Below are positions 38,420-47,235 of a stretch of 47,235 nt of DNA, piece by piece. The stretch covers positions 1-47,235 of the forward strand of contig PFRF01000043.1 of assembly GCA_002788395.1 (NCBI GenBank), given 5' to 3'. Position 1 is the stretch's first letter; every line of letters starts with the position of its first letter. A program made the position numbers and the translations under genes. Source of the DNA: Candidatus Levybacteria bacterium CG_4_9_14_0_2_um_filter_35_21 (GTDB lineage: Bacteria; Patescibacteriota; Microgenomatia; Levybacterales; UBA12049). A model generated the notes under the pieces. It ran no database searches and was not told the DNA's origin. It saw only the letters and a program-made list of their open reading frames with translations.

Positions 38420-40800
38420 TGATAAAAATCCTGGGGAAATTTTGGCCATATCTGCTAATAATTTCAATTGTTTTACTTTTCTTTGTCCCTATTTTTAAGG
38501 GGCAAATTCCATTTCCCGGAGATTTATTAATAAATGAAAATCCTTATAGATCAGAAAGTTATTTAGGTTTTAATCCCGGGTCGTATCCTAACAAAGCTCA
38601 AGGATCGGATATAATTACGGAGATTTATCCTTGGCGATATTTTTCTATACAACAATTAAAAAATGGAAGCATTCCTTTTTGGAATCCATACAATTTCTCC
38701 GGAAATCCGCAAATTGCAAATTTTCAGACAGCAGTTTTTTATCCGTTAAATATTTTTTATTTTCTCCTCTCTTTTAATATTGCCTGGACAATAATTATTC
38801 TTCTTCAACATATTTTGGCAGGTATTTTTATGTATCTCTTCTTAAAAAAATCTTTAAAATTAGAAAATTCTGCTTCATTTATTGGAGGAGTAGCTTTTGC
38901 ATTTAGTTCATCCATGGTAGTGTGGCTTGAATATGGGAATATTGGACATACTCTTTTATGGCTTCCGTTAGCATTACTTTTTGTTAAAATAATTTATAAA
39001 AACCCAAGTGTTTTTAACTACCTAATGTTTATCCTAATTTTATCTGTCACTATCTTAGCAGGATATATTCAAATTGCATTTTATATTTTTTTAATTTCGA
39101 TAATTTATTTTTTTTATCTTCTAGGTGTTAAAGATTTAAGATTGTTAAATCTTAAAAAAATCTTATTTTTTTTAACGTCTTTTATCTTTCCAATTCTTTT
39201 AACAGCGTATCAATTATTACCGACATACAGTCTTTTTAATGTTTCAACAAGAGAAGCTTATGCCCTTTCTCAGATAGAGAATATGCTTTTACCGATTAAA
39301 TATTGGGTAACGATTTTTGCTTCGGACTTTTATGGAAATCCGGCAACAAGAAATTATTGGATAAACGGAACATATATAGAAAGAACAATGTATCCAGGAA
39401 TAATAATATTATTCTTTGCCCTAATTGCAATTTTTAAATCAAAACATTCCCAAAAATTATTTTTTTTTATTTCTGCTTTTACGGTTTTAATTTTAACAAC
39501 AAACCTTCCCGGTATTAAATATTTATATTTATTGCCACTACCAGTAATTACTACAACGGTTGCAACAAGATCACTTATGATTTTTGTTTTTTGTTTAATT
39601 ATTTTATCTGCGATAGGAATGGACTATTGGTTAAAAAATAAAAATCAAAAATCTCTAATACCCATTTTTTTTATAGGAACATATTCATTGATTTTTTTGA
39701 GTACAATTTTGTTTCCTGCGCTATATGGTGCAAATTTGGAAAATATAAAAATTACCCAGCGTAATTTATTATTGCCGATTTTTTTTACCGGAGTTTCAGT
39801 TGCAATTTTTTATGTAGGTTTTAAATTTAAAAAAATAGCGGTTTTATTAATAACGTTAGTTTTAGTTTTAGATCTCTTTTATTTTTTTAACAAGATAACA
39901 CCTTTCTCTCCAACCTCTTTTACTTATCCAAAGACTCCAATTACGGAATTTATGAAAGACAATGCGGGAATTAATAGGTTTTGGGGTTATGGTTCCGCTT
40001 ATGTAATGCCCAACTTTCAAAGCGTTGACGGTACATATTCTCCGGAAGGAAACGATCCTTTACATATAAAATCTTACGGAGAACTTTTGATAAGTTCAAA
40101 AACAGGTAATTTACCGCGGAATCTTCCACGTCCCGATGCTAACATAGCCCCAGGTTACGGGAATAGTGATTTAAAAGATAATTTTTACAGACAGAGAGTA
40201 TTGAATTTATTAGGTGTTAAGTATGTTTTGCATAAAAATGAGGCGATTGAATCAATAAAACCGGATGTTGCGGTCTTCTCTCCTGATATTTATAAACTTG
40301 TTTGGAACAGATTCCCCTGGCAAATTTATGAGAGCAAAGAAGTTTTACCGAGATACTTTATGCTTAATAAATTCATCGTGGTTAAAAATAAAGAAGCGGC
40401 TTTGTCTAAAATTTATGATAAGAATGTAAATCTAAGAGACTTACTAATTATAGAAGAAAAACCAAATCTGGATATTGATATTTCTTCTAAAAATACAGTT
40501 AAATTGTTATCTTACAAACCAAATGAAATAGTATTGGAAACAAAAAGTACCGGCAATAGCCTACTTTTTATCTCAGATAATTATTATCCTGAATGGAGAG
40601 TTAAAATAGACGGGGTAGGATCAAAATTATTGGTCGCAAATTATAGCTTTAGAGCAGTTGCTGTTCCAAAAGGGGAGCATAAAATTAAATTTAAATATTT
40701 TCCGGAAAAGTTTTATCTTGGATTAAGAATTGCAGTAGCGGGACTATTCTTTTTAGGATTATTTTTATACTTGATTAAAAAATATGAAAACAAAATCTAA
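38419..40800 (+). CDS. YfhO family GT-C membrane protein
   Basis: PFWNPYNFSGNP, FYP, NLLGVKYV, LPRY, SDNYYPEW, ANYSFRAVAVPKGEHKI. Confidence 0.85.
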   Translation: MIKILGKFWPYLLIISIVLLFFVPIFKGQIPFPGDLLINENPYRSESYLGFNPGSYPNKAQGSDIITEIYPWRYFSIQQLKNGSIPFWNPYNFSGNPQIANFQTAVFYPLNIFYFLLSFNIAWTIIILLQHILAGIFMYLFLKKSLKLENSASFIGGVAFAFSSSMVVWLEYGNIGHTLLWLPLALLFVKIIYKNPSVFNYLMFILILSVTILAGYIQIAFYIFLISIIYFFYLLGVKDLRLLNLKKILFFLTSFIFPILLTAYQLLPTYSLFNVSTREAYALSQIENMLLPIKYWVTIFASDFYGNPATRNYWINGTYIERTMYPGIIILFFALIAIFKSKHSQKLFFFISAFTVLILTTNLPGIKYLYLLPLPVITTTVATRSLMIFVFCLIILSAIGMDYWLKNKNQKSLIPIFFIGTYSLIFLSTILFPALYGANLENIKITQRNLLLPIFFTGVSVAIFYVGFKFKKIAVLLITLVLVLDLFYFFNKITPFSPTSFTYPKTPITEFMKDNAGINRFWGYGSAYVMPNFQSVDGTYSPEGNDPLHIKSYGELLISSKTGNLPRNLPRPDANIAPGYGNSDLKDNFYRQRVLNLLGVKYVLHKNEAIESIKPDVAVFSPDIYKLVWNRFPWQIYESKEVLPRYFMLNKFIVVKNKEAALSKIYDKNVNLRDLLIIEEKPNLDIDISSKNTVKLLSYKPNEIVLETKSTGNSLLFISDNYYPEWRVKIDGVGSKLLVANYSFRAVAVPKGEHKIKFKYFPEKFYLGLRIAVAGLFFLGLFLYLIKKYENKI

Positions 40801-42340
40801 TTTATTTTTTCTAATCTTAATAACTATTTTTACAGTTCCTACGATTACCGGTTTACTACACCCCGGGTTTTTTGTAACAGATGACGGCAATTGGATGGTT
40901 ATAAGGTTTTCTGCTTTTTACGAGGCATTAAGATCCGGACAATTTCCTGTTAGATTTTTGTATAGACTTAATAACTCCTACGGATATCCTGTTGCAGACT
41001 TTTTATATCCCCTTTTTATGTATATAGGAGTTTTTATTCATATATTAAAGTTTAATTTTGTAGATACTATTAAAATTATTTTTGGTCTAAGCATGCTTGG
41101 CTCTTCAATCTTTTGTTTTTTGTGGCTTAAAAAGAAATACACCAATATTTCTGCAATGATTGGAACAATTGCATACACTTTTTTTCCATATCATCTTTAT
41201 GATGTTTACGTCAGAGGATCAATAGGAGAGGTTTTAGCGCTTGCAATATTACCGTTTATTTTTTGGCAAATTGAACGAAACAATCTAGTTTTTGCGTCTT
41301 TAGGAATTGCTCTCTTAATTACCGCTCATAATAGCTTGGCGTTATTACTCTTGCCAGTAATTTTTATATACATAGTGCTTTTGCATAGTCAAAGTATCAA
41401 GAAATGGTGCTACTCATTTATTCTTGGGTTTGGGCTTTCTGCATTCTTTTGGGTTCCGGCAATTTACGACAGGCAATATACTTTTTTTGATAAGATTGCA
41501 GTTTCTAATTATTCAAACTATTTTATTACAGAAAAAGATGTCGGACTTATTGGGTTAGTCTCGGTGCTAGCAGTGTTGGTAAGTATAGTTTTATTTTTTA
41601 GAAAAAAAAACATACTATTTGTTTATTTTTTTGTGTTGAGTATTATTTTTACTCTTTTAACGCAGCCTTTTAGTAAAATAATTTGGGATATCTTTCCGTT
41701 CACAAATCTTATTCAATTCCCATTTAGACTTCTTTCTATAGTTTGTTTGGCTGTTGCTGTATTAATTGCTTATCAGATTAATCTTTTAAAAGGAAAAAAA
41801 TTGTTTTTTGTTTCCTTAGTGTATGTTTTAATCATTTTTATTTCTTCGGTAAATTATATTTATCCTAAAAATTTCCAGAATTATCCCGATACTTTTTACT
41901 CCACAAACCTGGATTCCACTACGGTTAAAAATGAATACATGCCAATATGGCTTAAAAATATCCCAATATCCATTGCAAGTAAAAAAGTTAAGATTATTGA
42001 TGGAAAAGGAGAAATTTTAAATCTTGTTAATAATGGTAATTTATCATTTACTGTAAAAACTGATCGGAAAAGTCAGATCTTGATTAATACAATTTATTAT
42101 CCCGGTTTTATAGTAAGAGTAAATGGTTCAAGTACGCCAATAGATTATAAGCAGTTAGGGTTGATTAAATTCCAAGTAGATAAGGGAGAAAATATGGTTG
42201 CGGTTAAATTTACAGAGACCCCAATAAGACTTTTTGCCGATTTTATTTCCTTGATTTTTTTAATTCTCTTACTTGTTCCTCCAATTTTAAAAATTAATAA
42301 TTTACATTCCAATAAGGATAAGTTAAAAACTGCCTTTTAA
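40784..42340 (+). CDS. PTPS-related/YfhO-like GT-C membrane protein
   Basis: TDDG, GQFPVR, YGYP, PYH..VYVRG..GE, AFFWVPA, IQFPFR, EYMP, YYPG. Confidence 0.8.
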   Translation: MKTKSNLFFLILITIFTVPTITGLLHPGFFVTDDGNWMVIRFSAFYEALRSGQFPVRFLYRLNNSYGYPVADFLYPLFMYIGVFIHILKFNFVDTIKIIFGLSMLGSSIFCFLWLKKKYTNISAMIGTIAYTFFPYHLYDVYVRGSIGEVLALAILPFIFWQIERNNLVFASLGIALLITAHNSLALLLLPVIFIYIVLLHSQSIKKWCYSFILGFGLSAFFWVPAIYDRQYTFFDKIAVSNYSNYFITEKDVGLIGLVSVLAVLVSIVLFFRKKNILFVYFFVLSIIFTLLTQPFSKIIWDIFPFTNLIQFPFRLLSIVCLAVAVLIAYQINLLKGKKLFFVSLVYVLIIFISSVNYIYPKNFQNYPDTFYSTNLDSTTVKNEYMPIWLKNIPISIASKKVKIIDGKGEILNLVNNGNLSFTVKTDRKSQILINTIYYPGFIVRVNGSSTPIDYKQLGLIKFQVDKGENMVAVKFTETPIRLFADFISLIFLILLLVPPILKINNLHSNKDKLKTAF

Positions 42341-42385
42341 TTTACTATTATTTTAATAGTATAATCTGACTTTTTGCCCGTAAAT

Positions 42386-43037
42386 ATGAATGAGGGAGTA
42401 ACCGTAAATCATAAAAAAGAGGCAAGTTTAGGGGGCTAACAACGCTTGGGATAGCTCAGAGGGTTGTAGAGAATAATCCGCATATTTAATTTGTTAATTT
42501 GAGACCATACTGTTATGTTCCCAATCATACTTCGGGTAGTGAAGAAGAAATTTATCCCTTTAGAAGAAAGTCTTTTTTAGGATTACTGCAAAAAGATCTA
42601 GATGATTGGGCTAATACATGCGGACCGGATCATAATATTGCCCTAGATTCAAGCGTTACCATGGGGACGGAAGTAAAAGCCATTTAATATTAGCCGATCT
42701 TGCTCTATCGCACTCGGATGAAAATTTGACAAAAATTAAAGATCAATTTTCAAAAATTATCAAACCTGATTTTGGTGGTGGATTTTTTCTGGAGACTAAT
42801 AGGTCTTACCATTTTGTCGGAAAAAAAACTGTTAGACAGGAAGATTAGACTGCTCTATTAGGAAAAATGTTGATTACAAGCATCGTTACGGTTACGCCGG
42901 AAGACATGCCCAACATTCATGAAGTTATTGTAGATATATAGATATATTGGTCACTCATTGATTAGGGGAACTTTGGGACTGCGCTTAACCACAAAAAAAC
43001 AAAGAAAATGGCTCCACATGTGGTAGGATTCGTTTAA
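42386..43037 (+). pseudogene. Decayed gene resembling an archaeo-eukaryotic primase (AEP) superfamily, primase-1D-like protein
   Basis: Manual frame joining gives HLILADL...FFLETNRSYHFVG...ED*TALLG...VD/YRYIGHSLIRGTLGLRLT. Lesions: G5 run 42431-42435, TAA 42487, G4 run 42663-42666, TAG 42846, AT run near 42935. Confidence 0.6.
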
Positions 43038-43093
43038 AAAATAATAATTCCCCTTTTCTTTTAATTTGATCTTCTTATTTGTATAATACGAAT

Positions 43094-44575
43094 ATGGCAC
43101 TTATTAAAAGAATATCTCCTCTGCTGCTCGTTATTTTATTGTCCATATTTGTAATTGTACCTTTCTTTCAATCCGGGTTTTTTCCGATGCACGACGATAC
43201 TCAGCCGGCAAGGGTTTTTGAAATGGTAAAATCACTTCAGCGTGGAATGTTTCCCGTTAGATGGGTTTTTGATCTTGGGTATGGTGCCGGATATCCAATC
43301 TTTAATTTTTACGCGCCACTTGCGTATTATTTTGGGGCAATATTTATACTAATAGGTTTTGACGTATTAATTGCAACAAAAATAATGATGGTTACGGGAG
43401 TACTGCTATCCGGAATATTTATGTATCTTTTTGCCAAAGATATTTGGGGAAAAATCGGTGGTGTGGTTTCAGCACTTTTTTATATGTATGCGCCGTATCA
43501 CGCAGTAAATATTTTTGTTAGAGGCGCAGTTTCGGAATTTTGGGCATATGCATTTATACCGCTTGTATTTTACTCTCTAGACAAAATTTATAAAAAAGCA
43601 AGCATAGGATTTGCAATTTTAGGCACTTTTTCTTATGTGTCTATTATCTTATCTCATAATCTTACGGCAATGATGATAACTCCGGTAATTTTTGGTCATA
43701 TAATTGCTCTGTCTTTGTTTTCGTTTAATAATAAAAAGAAAATTTATCTATATTTTCTTGTTCCGGTATTTGGAATAATTGCATCTGTCTTTTATTGGTT
43801 ACCGGCTCTAATTGAAATGAAAAACACTAACGTTGCTTCTCAATTTATTGGAGGATCCGATTTTAGAAAAAATTTTGTATGTTTAGAACAACTTTGGAAT
43901 AGTCCTTGGGGATATGGTGGGTCTATCCCTGGCTGTATAGACGGAATGTCGTTTATTTTAGGAAAACCTCAGATAATTGTTATTATACTTTCAACATTAA
44001 TGTTGATTTGGCTATTCTTTAAGAAGGTTAAGGGTAGAAAAATATTACTTACATTATTTACTCTTTTATCTTTTTTTATCTCAACCTTTTTAACATTGGA
44101 AATTTCTCGTCCGGTGTGGGAATTTATTTCTCAAATGTCATATCTTCAATATCCATGGAGATTTCTAAATTTAGCAACGTTTTTTGCTTCAATATTAGCG
44201 GGATTTTTAATTTGGGGGATTCATAAGATATTTAAAAAAAATCAATTACTAGTCCAAATAATTGCTTCATTAGCTTTGTTAATATTTTTACTTTTCTTAA
44301 ATCTTAAATTTTTTACACCTCAAAAAATAATATTAGTTACTTCAAGAGATTACATTAGCGAAACTGCTCTTAAGTGGAAGATTTCTAAGATATCCGATGA
44401 ATACTTGCCTAAAAATTTTTTAAAGCCCAAAACCATGGAAGAAGCTCTGAAAAATAAAAGAGTTTTTTCATTTACCGAAACACCGATCGAGAGGACGTCG
44501 AACATAATCTCTATAGCTGGAATACTAATACTTACAATTGGTATAATTATAAGCAAAAAGAAAGGAATAATCTGA
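43094..44575 (+). CDS. PTPS-related/YfhO-like GT-C membrane protein (paralog of 40784-42340)
   Basis: MHDD, GMFPVRW, GYPIFNFYAPL, PYH..IFVRG..SE, FYWLPA, LQYPWRFL, DEYLP; ATG at 43094. Confidence 0.82.
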   Translation: MALIKRISPLLLVILLSIFVIVPFFQSGFFPMHDDTQPARVFEMVKSLQRGMFPVRWVFDLGYGAGYPIFNFYAPLAYYFGAIFILIGFDVLIATKIMMVTGVLLSGIFMYLFAKDIWGKIGGVVSALFYMYAPYHAVNIFVRGAVSEFWAYAFIPLVFYSLDKIYKKASIGFAILGTFSYVSIILSHNLTAMMITPVIFGHIIALSLFSFNNKKKIYLYFLVPVFGIIASVFYWLPALIEMKNTNVASQFIGGSDFRKNFVCLEQLWNSPWGYGGSIPGCIDGMSFILGKPQIIVIILSTLMLIWLFFKKVKGRKILLTLFTLLSFFISTFLTLEISRPVWEFISQMSYLQYPWRFLNLATFFASILAGFLIWGIHKIFKKNQLLVQIIASLALLIFLLFLNLKFFTPQKIILVTSRDYISETALKWKISKISDEYLPKNFLKPKTMEEALKNKRVFSFTETPIERTSNIISIAGILILTIGIIISKKKGII

Positions 44576-45282
44576 AAAAACTTCCAGAGCTATCAATATT
44601 CTTCCCCTTTTGGAATGAAGAAAAAAATATAGAAGTTGTGGTAAAAAATGCAATTCCCATAGCGGAAAAAGTTGCTTATGAATGGGAAATAATAATTGTT
44701 GATGATGGTTCTTCGGATAACACTTTGAAAAAGGCTTACAAACTTGCAAAGATACATAAAAATATTCGTGTAGTAGCGCATATTCCCAATAGAGGCTACG
44801 GTGCGGCATTAAGGGAAGGGTTTGAAAATGCAAAATATAAATACATTGTTTTTACCGATGGAGATAATCAATTTAATTTTACAGAGGTTTTAAAGTTTAT
44901 AGATAAGATCGAAGATGCGGATATCGTAATAGGTTACAGAGAGAAAAGAAGGGATCATCCTTTTAGGCATTTGTTGATGGCATTATTAAAGATATGGGAT
45001 CTATTTTTCTTTGGATTTTATTTTAGAGATATCGATTGTGGATTTAAAATGTTTAAAAAAGAGTCGCTGAAAAAAATAATGCCTTTTAAATCGGAAGGTG
45101 CCATGATTACTTCGGAAATATTAGCAAGAGCAAAAAAAGCAAAGCTTAAAATAGGTCAGGTTAAGGTTTCTCACTACTCAAGAAAATTTGGAGATCAAAG
45201 TGGAGGAAACATAAGGGTTGTAGTAAGAGCAATAAGAGAAAGTTTTATTCTCTGGAAAGATATTAATTATGGAAGAGCTTAA
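44572..45282 (+). CDS. GT2 glycosyltransferase, apparently starting at CTG 44572
   Basis: In-frame KKLPELSIFFPFWNEE lies upstream of the GTG 44638 call; VDDGSSD, NRGYG, FTDGD, DIDCGFK. Confidence 0.85.
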   Translation: MKKLPELSIFFPFWNEEKNIEVVVKNAIPIAEKVAYEWEIIIVDDGSSDNTLKKAYKLAKIHKNIRVVAHIPNRGYGAALREGFENAKYKYIVFTDGDNQFNFTEVLKFIDKIEDADIVIGYREKRRDHPFRHLLMALLKIWDLFFFGFYFRDIDCGFKMFKKESLKKIMPFKSEGAMITSEILARAKKAKLKIGQVKVSHYSRKFGDQSGGNIRVVVRAIRESFILWKDINYGRA

Positions 45283-46720
45283 TATTGCGGCAGTAACAAA
45301 AAGGTCTATTAATGGAGTTTTTGCACTTGTATCGAGAACATTTGTAATTCAGTTAATAACTTTTGTAACAAATTTTCTTTTAACGGTTTTTCTTTCTCCA
45401 ACAGTTTTTGGAGTGTATTTTGTTGTTTCGGCAGCAATTGCATTTTTAGGATACTTTTCCGACATCGGTCTTGCCGCTGCGCTTATTCAAAAAAAAGAAC
45501 AGATTACGGACCAGGAGCTAAGAACAACATTTACAATTCAACAGATATTGGTGGTAACAATAGTAATAATTGCTTTGCTTCTTTCAAATTTTATCGGATT
45601 ATTTTATAACTTAAACAAAGCAGGAATTTATTTATTTGATGCTTTAGCGATTGCTTTTTTCTTATCCTCACTAAAAACAATTCCCTCGATTATCTTAGAA
45701 AGGAATCTTCATTTTCATAAATTGATAATTCCACAAATTGTTGAAACCATTTTTTTTAGCGTAACAGTAGTTGTTTTGGCGGTTAACGGGTATGGAGTTA
45801 CAAGTTTTACTATCGCAGTTTTAGCAAGAGGGATATCGGGTTTTATTGCAATGTATATTGTTGCACCGTGGAAAATAGGTTTTGGATTTTCAAGAGAAAT
45901 TGCTTCAAAATTACTGTCCTTTGGAGTTCCTTTTCAATTAAATAGTCTTCTTGCTTTGGCAAAAGATGATTTATTGGTTATATATTTAGGAAAAGTCTTA
46001 CCTCTTGCTCAAGTTGGCTACATTGGATTTGCACAGAAGTGGGCATTTACACCTTTAAGGTTAATTATGGATAATATCATTAGAATTACTTTTCCTTCTT
46101 TTTCAAGGCTTCAGCATGAAAAAGATGTTTTATCCAAAGCGCTGGAAAAATCTATTTTTGCCGCTACTTTCTTCATTTTTCCATGCCTGATGGGATTGGT
46201 AATGCTTGCTCCATATTTTATAAATATTATTCCCAAGTATTCTAAATGGGAACCGGCGATACTTGCTTTATCATTTTTTTCTTTAAATGCAGCGCTTTCT
46301 TCTATATCAACACCACTTACAAATGCCCTGAACGCTATTGGTAAAATAAAAATAACACTTTATCTTATGATTTTTTGGACTCTGGCAACATGGATAATAA
46401 CTCCATTTGCAATTTTGGTATATGGTTTTAATGGGGTTGCAATTGCATCCGGAATAATTTCATTTTCCATAATAATAGTTATTTATCTGGTAAAAAGATA
46501 TATAAAATTCAATATTTTTGTTATTGGTTATCCTCTACTGGCGACACTTATTATGGGGTTGTTTCTGTATTTAATTAATCCAATTGTAATTAAAAACCTT
46601 TGGACGATTCTATTTATGGTTATTCTAGGAGCTGTGATATACTTTTTATCAATATTTATATTTGCTAAAAAAGAGTTGATTGCTAACTTAAAAATTATTA
46701 GAGAGAATTTAAATAAATAA
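45269..46720 (+). CDS. Wzx/WzxC-like oligosaccharide flippase
   Basis: Multi-TM; FGVY, FSDIGLAAALIQKK, VGY, FPSFSRLQ. Confidence 0.88.
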   Translation: MEELNIAAVTKRSINGVFALVSRTFVIQLITFVTNFLLTVFLSPTVFGVYFVVSAAIAFLGYFSDIGLAAALIQKKEQITDQELRTTFTIQQILVVTIVIIALLLSNFIGLFYNLNKAGIYLFDALAIAFFLSSLKTIPSIILERNLHFHKLIIPQIVETIFFSVTVVVLAVNGYGVTSFTIAVLARGISGFIAMYIVAPWKIGFGFSREIASKLLSFGVPFQLNSLLALAKDDLLVIYLGKVLPLAQVGYIGFAQKWAFTPLRLIMDNIIRITFPSFSRLQHEKDVLSKALEKSIFAATFFIFPCLMGLVMLAPYFINIIPKYSKWEPAILALSFFSLNAALSSISTPLTNALNAIGKIKITLYLMIFWTLATWIITPFAILVYGFNGVAIASGIISFSIIIVIYLVKRYIKFNIFVIGYPLLATLIMGLFLYLINPIVIKNLWTILFMVILGAVIYFLSIFIFAKKELIANLKIIRENLNK

Positions 46721-47235
46721 TGAAAATTTCTGTTGTAATTTCTGTATATAATGAAGAAAAAATAATTGAGGATTGTCTTAGGTCGGTAAAATTTGCCGAT
46801 GAAATTATTTTCCTGGATAATTCATCAACAGACGAAACCGTAAAAATTGCCGAAAGATATACAAGTAAAATTTTTAAGCAAAATAATGACCTTTATTCTA
46901 TAGATTTACAAAAGAATGTCGGATTTGAAAAGGCAAAGAACGAATGGATATTAAGTATAGACGCAGACGAACGCGTTTCCTCCGAATTAAGAGAAGAAAT
47001 AGAACAAATTCCAGATAAGCCATTAGCCACTAGTAGTCAGTCATCAGTAGATGTTGATGGTTATTGGATTCCAAGAAAAAATATTATTTTTGGCAAGTGG
47101 ATACAACATACAGGATGGTATCCCGATCTTCAACTAAGATTATTTAGAAAAGGTAAAGGAAAATTTTCTGATAAATATGTCCATGCCCCTCTTAAATTAC
47201 AAGGAGAGGCAGTGCAGCTTAAAGAACATATAATT
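46720..47235 (+). CDS. GT2 glycosyltransferase (WaaE/KdtX-like), 3'-truncated by the window edge
   Basis: TAATG overlap; MKISVVISVYNEE, DNSSTDET, QKN.G, WILSIDADE, GWYPDLQLRLF. Confidence 0.88.
   Translation, partial: MKISVVISVYNEEKIIEDCLRSVKFADEIIFLDNSSTDETVKIAERYTSKIFKQNNDLYSIDLQKNVGFEKAKNEWILSIDADERVSSELREEIEQIPDKPLATSSQSSVDVDGYWIPRKNIIFGKWIQHTGWYPDLQLRLFRKGKGKFSDKYVHAPLKLQGEAVQLKEHII
47016..47050 (+). repeat. Heptamer tract in frame within the GT2 gene
   Basis: taagcca ttagcca ctagtag tcagtca tcagtag. Confidence 0.7.

Noticed and set aside
24627..42848. In-frame TAG codons as evidence of stop-codon recoding
   Set aside because: Both occur in genes that also carry frameshifts. Intact genes (recJ, dgkA, gltX and others) end normally at TAG/TAA, and TGA is used as a stop in ATGA overlaps, so code 11 fits.

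Overview
AT-rich bacterial chromosomal segment using genetic code 11. Gene content and style suggest a Patescibacteria/CPR (Microgenomates-like) genome; this is inference. The left arm holds a nucleotide-sugar and surface-glycosylation operon (rmlD-like, ugd, rmd-like, gmd, UDP-GlcA decarboxylase, GT2-GtrA, GT-C). The middle is housekeeping: secDF, yqeY, metK, a CCA-type nucleotidyltransferase, recJ, archaeal-type aspS, a D,D-carboxypeptidase, gltX, dgkA, lon, tRNA-Gln(CUG) and tRNA-Glu(CUC). The right arm is a second cluster of GT2, GT-C/YfhO and flippase genes. Four genes are broken or truncated: an ABC ATPase, a radical SAM fragment, a nitronate monooxygenase-like gene and an AEP primase-like gene. 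The ORF track does not explain several signals. (1) Many degenerate 7-bp tandem tracts, each with its own consensus, five of them inside recJ. (2) Short hairpin (REP-like) elements found both intergenically and in-frame in proteins, often next to the heptamer tracts. (3) An orphan 3' half of a second tRNA-Gln-like gene right after tRNA-Gln. (4) A recurring TAnnnT-N6-start arrangement suggesting leaderless mRNAs. (5) A CIRCE-like operator over the lon promoter. (6) An unlisted 47-aa zinc-ribbon gene. No CRISPR array, rRNA, transposase or integrase was seen.
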